Positions 61,002-64,000 of a stretch of 64,000 nt of DNA are shown here, piece after piece. The stretch is from an uncultured delta proteobacterium (GTDB lineage: Bacteria; Desulfobacterota; Desulfuromonadia; Desulfuromonadales; BM103). Positions within the stretch are counted from its first letter, which is position 1. Every line of letters begins with the position of its first letter. The position numbers and the translations under genes were made by a program. The notes beneath the pieces are model-generated. The model made no database searches. It was not told where the DNA came from and saw only the letters and a program-made list of their open reading frames with translations. The DNA lies in assembly GCA_963715335.1 (NCBI GenBank), contig CAVQRZ010000019.1, positions 111,856 through 175,855 on the forward strand, in the 5' to 3' direction.

Positions 61002-61782
61002 GCAGGGCAAAGTTCAATTCATGCAACCGGCCTGGGCCGGTCAGGAAAATCTGGTTGCCGGTTTTACCACCCGCAATGGCGGCAGCAGCCGGCCGCCGTT
61101 CAACTCCCTCAACCTCGGTTTTGGTTCCGGAGACCAGCCGTCCCAGGTCGAGGCAAACCGCGCTGTCGTAGCCAGGAGCCTTGGTCTGGAGCCACACCTG
61201 TTCCTGACGGTAAACCAGGTGCATGGCAGTGAAATCCTGGTGATCGACCAACCCAATCCTGAAGTCTCGCATTTCCAGCGCGTCGAAAGTGATGCGATCA
61301 TTACCAATCAACGCAATCTTTTGATCGGCATCCTTGTCGCGGACTGCTTCCCGGTTATACTGTATCACCGGGGCAAGCATGTTGCCGCGGTCGTCCATCT
61401 TGGCTGGCGCGGGGCCGCAGCCGGCCTGCTGGAGCGGACCGTTACGGCTATGCGCGAAATCTTCGGTTGTCAGGCCGCCGACATCAACGCCGCGATCGGT
61501 GCGGGGATTGCTGCTCACAGCTATGAAGTTGATCGTCCGGTCCGCGACCTCTTCCGTCAGGGTACCGACCAATGGCAGCGCATCGCCAGAGAGGTCAGCC
61601 TTGGCCACTGGCAGCTTGATCTGCGGGAAAGCATTGCCCTGCAGCTGGATGCTGCAGGCATCGAGCGAGCCGCAGTCGATACGGTTGCCGAGTGCACCTG
61701 TTGCCACAGAGAAACGCTCTTCTCTTATCGACGAGACAATGGCAGGACAGGCCGGCAGATGGGGTTTGTCCTGTTGCGGTAG
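60988..61782 (+). CDS. pgeF: Peptidoglycan editing factor PgeF (YfiH)
   Basis: QVHG, ADCFP, HLGWRG, FSYRR. Confidence 0.93.
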   Translation: MKTVKQGKVQFMQPAWAGQENLVAGFTTRNGGSSRPPFNSLNLGFGSGDQPSQVEANRAVVARSLGLEPHLFLTVNQVHGSEILVIDQPNPEVSHFQRVESDAIITNQRNLLIGILVADCFPVILYHRGKHVAAVVHLGWRGAAAGLLERTVTAMREIFGCQAADINAAIGAGIAAHSYEVDRPVRDLFRQGTDQWQRIAREVSLGHWQLDLRESIALQLDAAGIERAAVDTVAECTCCHRETLFSYRRDNGRTGRQMGFVLLR

Positions 61783-61811
61783 AGGCATAGAATTCTCCGG
61801 GGGGAGTCTTT

Positions 61812-63020
61812 ATGGACAGGGTACATGTACTTATTATCGAGGATGATGCCAGCGTCTGTGAGCTGCTTTTTTCCAGCTTGACCAAGTCAGGCTATCGCGT
61901 GTCCGTCGCCCAAAGAGGCGAAGCTGCCCTGGGGCAGATCGAAGAAGACCCGCCGGCGGTCGTTGTCCTTGATCTCAACCTGCCCGGCATGAACGGCCTG
62001 GATGTCTGCCGTGTCATGCGCCGTGACCCCTGGATGAGTAAAATCCCGGTCCTGATGCTGACCGGCAAAGCCGAAGAAGATGATATCGTTGCCGGACTGG
62101 AGGTCGGTGCCGATGATTACATGACCAAGCCCTTCTCGCCGAAACTGGTCGGTGCGCGCGTCAAGGCGTTGCTTCGGCGTGGCAATCACCTGCAGGATGA
62201 GACCTCTTCAGAACCCTCCGAGGCAAAGGATTCGCTGCCAACGCTGCTTGTGAAAACCCTGGGTAAGTGTGAGCTGCAAATCGGTGGCCGTCGGCTGTCC
62301 TGGGCTGAAGAGTTCAGCCCGGCCCAGCGCCAGCTGATGTCAATGCTGGTCGGCTCCACTGACAGAAAGGTTGCCCAGGAAGAAGTTCAGGCCGCGCTCT
62401 GGCCGGAGAGCTCCAGGCAAAAGGCCCGCTCAAGTTTCGACTCTCTCCTTTCCCGGGTGAGACGGACCATGGAAGAATGGTTCGCGCCGTTTGACAGCAA
62501 AAAATACCTGGTGGTCAAGCGGGGATACCTCTGTCTTGAGAACGCCAGGGTTGATGTTCATGAGTTCCGGAGACTGATCCGGAAAGCCCACCAGCAGATT
62601 GCCAACCTTGAATATTGGCCGGCAGAAATTACCTTCTCTTCGGCCTTCAGCCTCTGGCAAGGGACGTTTGTCCCCGCCGATTTCGGTGTCGACGCGGCAG
62701 TTGTCTACCAGGACGAGACTGAACAGATTTATCTCGAAGCCAGTCAGACTTTTGCCCGTCTTCTGGCGGAGAACAACCGCCACCAGCAGGCGGTGAAACT
62801 TTTGCGTGATGCCTTGCACTACGATCCTACCAACGATGGCGTTGTCCGCCTGTCCTACCAACTGTGCCTGGCCCAGGACAGCCCGGGGCAGGCCAAACAG
62901 GTCCTCAAGCAATACAGCGAAGCCTTGTTCAGAGAGAATTTTTCCGCGCAGGAGATCCAGGGAATCCTGCAGACTTTCCCGAAAGAAAAACCTCGGCAGG
63001 GCTGGCTCTCGGCAGAATGA
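61812..63020 (+). CDS. Response regulator with REC and SARP/BTAD-like C-terminus
   Basis: Receiver domain; LWPE...VDVHEF...LWQGTF...DPTND pattern. Confidence 0.8.
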   Translation: MDRVHVLIIEDDASVCELLFSSLTKSGYRVSVAQRGEAALGQIEEDPPAVVVLDLNLPGMNGLDVCRVMRRDPWMSKIPVLMLTGKAEEDDIVAGLEVGADDYMTKPFSPKLVGARVKALLRRGNHLQDETSSEPSEAKDSLPTLLVKTLGKCELQIGGRRLSWAEEFSPAQRQLMSMLVGSTDRKVAQEEVQAALWPESSRQKARSSFDSLLSRVRRTMEEWFAPFDSKKYLVVKRGYLCLENARVDVHEFRRLIRKAHQQIANLEYWPAEITFSSAFSLWQGTFVPADFGVDAAVVYQDETEQIYLEASQTFARLLAENNRHQQAVKLLRDALHYDPTNDGVVRLSYQLCLAQDSPGQAKQVLKQYSEALFRENFSAQEIQGILQTFPKEKPRQGWLSAE

Positions 63021-63181
63021 GCCGATCGACCAACGCCTTCCGCCCGTAACGAAACCTTGCCGATCTTCGCTGTGAGAAAATTGTGAGAGGTGATGTGTAT
63101 AATGCGCACAGAAATTACGCTTGTGCTTGCAGGCTTCAGAGGTTGTGACGAAGAGAGGGTTTGCAATTCATGTCATAGGGG

Positions 63182-63214
63182 GGCCCCCGGCCATTGGTCG
63201 GGGGCCATTTTTTT
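63182..63214 (+). terminator. Intrinsic terminator
   Basis: ggcccccggcc...ggtcgggggcc followed by a T run. Confidence 0.7.
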
Positions 63215-63397
63215 GTTCTCTGGAGAATTGACGGTTGAACAATCTGAAGGCTAATCCTGTCCGCCTGTTCTCACCCCTGCAACTTATTGCTCAGCGCCCC
63301 GGCCAACTTTGTAATCTTCTTGCATTCAAGAGAGTTTTTGTCAGAATGTAGACTCAGTCGTCAGTCCCTCAAGCACCTTCCACAAGGATAGTCTCCT

Positions 63398-64000
63398 ATG
63401 AACTACTTCGGGCAATTTTGGCAACAACACGATCGCGATGGTGCTGGCCGGCGGCAAAGGTGAACGACTTAGCCCGCTCACCCTGCGCCGGGCCAAGCCG
63501 AGTGTCGCTTTTGGCGGAAAATACAAGATCATCGACTTTGTCCTCTCCAACCTCTTCAACTCGGGCATCAAGAAGGTTTATATCCTCACCCAGTACCGGG
63601 CTTACTCGCTGAATAAACACCTTCGGGAGTCATGGGGGAAATGGACCGGTCTGGGCGATTTCTTCGTCGGCATTTCTCCCGAGACCCGTAGCGAAAGTGA
63701 AGAGTGGTTTAAGGGGACGGCCGATGCCATCCTGCAATACCTGCGCTTTGTCGAATCTTCGGATGCGGATTACGTGGCGATCTTCGGCGGCGATCATATT
63801 TACAAGATGGACGTGACCCAGATGATCAACTTCCACCGAATGAACCAGGCCGACATCACTATTGCCGCTCTGGAGGTGCCCTTTGAGGAAGCCAGTCGAT
63901 ACGGGGTTTTTGCCGTGGACGAAGAGGCGCGGGTCACAGGTTTTACCGAAAAACCCGAGACCCCGGAACGCATCCCGGGACGGGAAACCTGTTTCGCTTC
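63398..64000 (+). CDS. glgC: Glucose-1-phosphate adenylyltransferase, truncated by the window end; apparent +1 indel just after the ATG
   Basis: MVLAGGKGERLSPLT..RAKPSVAFGGKYKIIDF, GTADA, GGDHIYKMD in the frame of ATG 63438. Confidence 0.93.

Overview
Bacterial chromosome segment, GC-rich, with gene order and protein families typical of Desulfuromonadales (Desulfuromonas/Geobacter relatives; inferred from gene content). It is mostly core genome: hypABCDE; an ANTAR response regulator behind a sigma54 promoter; sirtuin, double-rubredoxin oxidoreductase and macrodomain genes; tRNA-fMet; mnmH; SAM-I riboswitch-metX; rrf2; gluQ-rho-rpmE-thyX-prfA-prmC-murA-hisGDBHAFE-yqeY-cvpA-mutS2-dnaG-rpoD-tRNA-Ile2-nif3-zinc ribbon-rnpB; LOG; YeiH; rubredoxin-lipB-lipA-trxB and sucA-sucB-lpdA; elbB; HAD; degQ; rluD; pgeF; a REC-BTAD regulator; and the start of glgC. 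The most interesting items are: (1) an apparent operon of decaheme lipoprotein cytochrome, outer-membrane beta-barrel, orphan solute-binding protein and chemoreceptor, in which the barrel gene carries about 8 frameshifts; (2) a ~530 bp non-coding element with 27-bp perfect terminal inverted repeats; (3) 7-mer/9-mer tandem-plus-inverted repeats at many operon junctions, one of them translated as a HypD tail; and (4) small proteins that are easy to miss (rubredoxin, a frameshifted RCKP-type rubredoxin-like protein, a Cys-rich protein ending in a QLDLF clamp motif). Several isolated 1-nt frameshifts suggest residual assembly indels, so the pseudogene calls are tentative. No CRISPR, transposase, integrase or prophage was seen.
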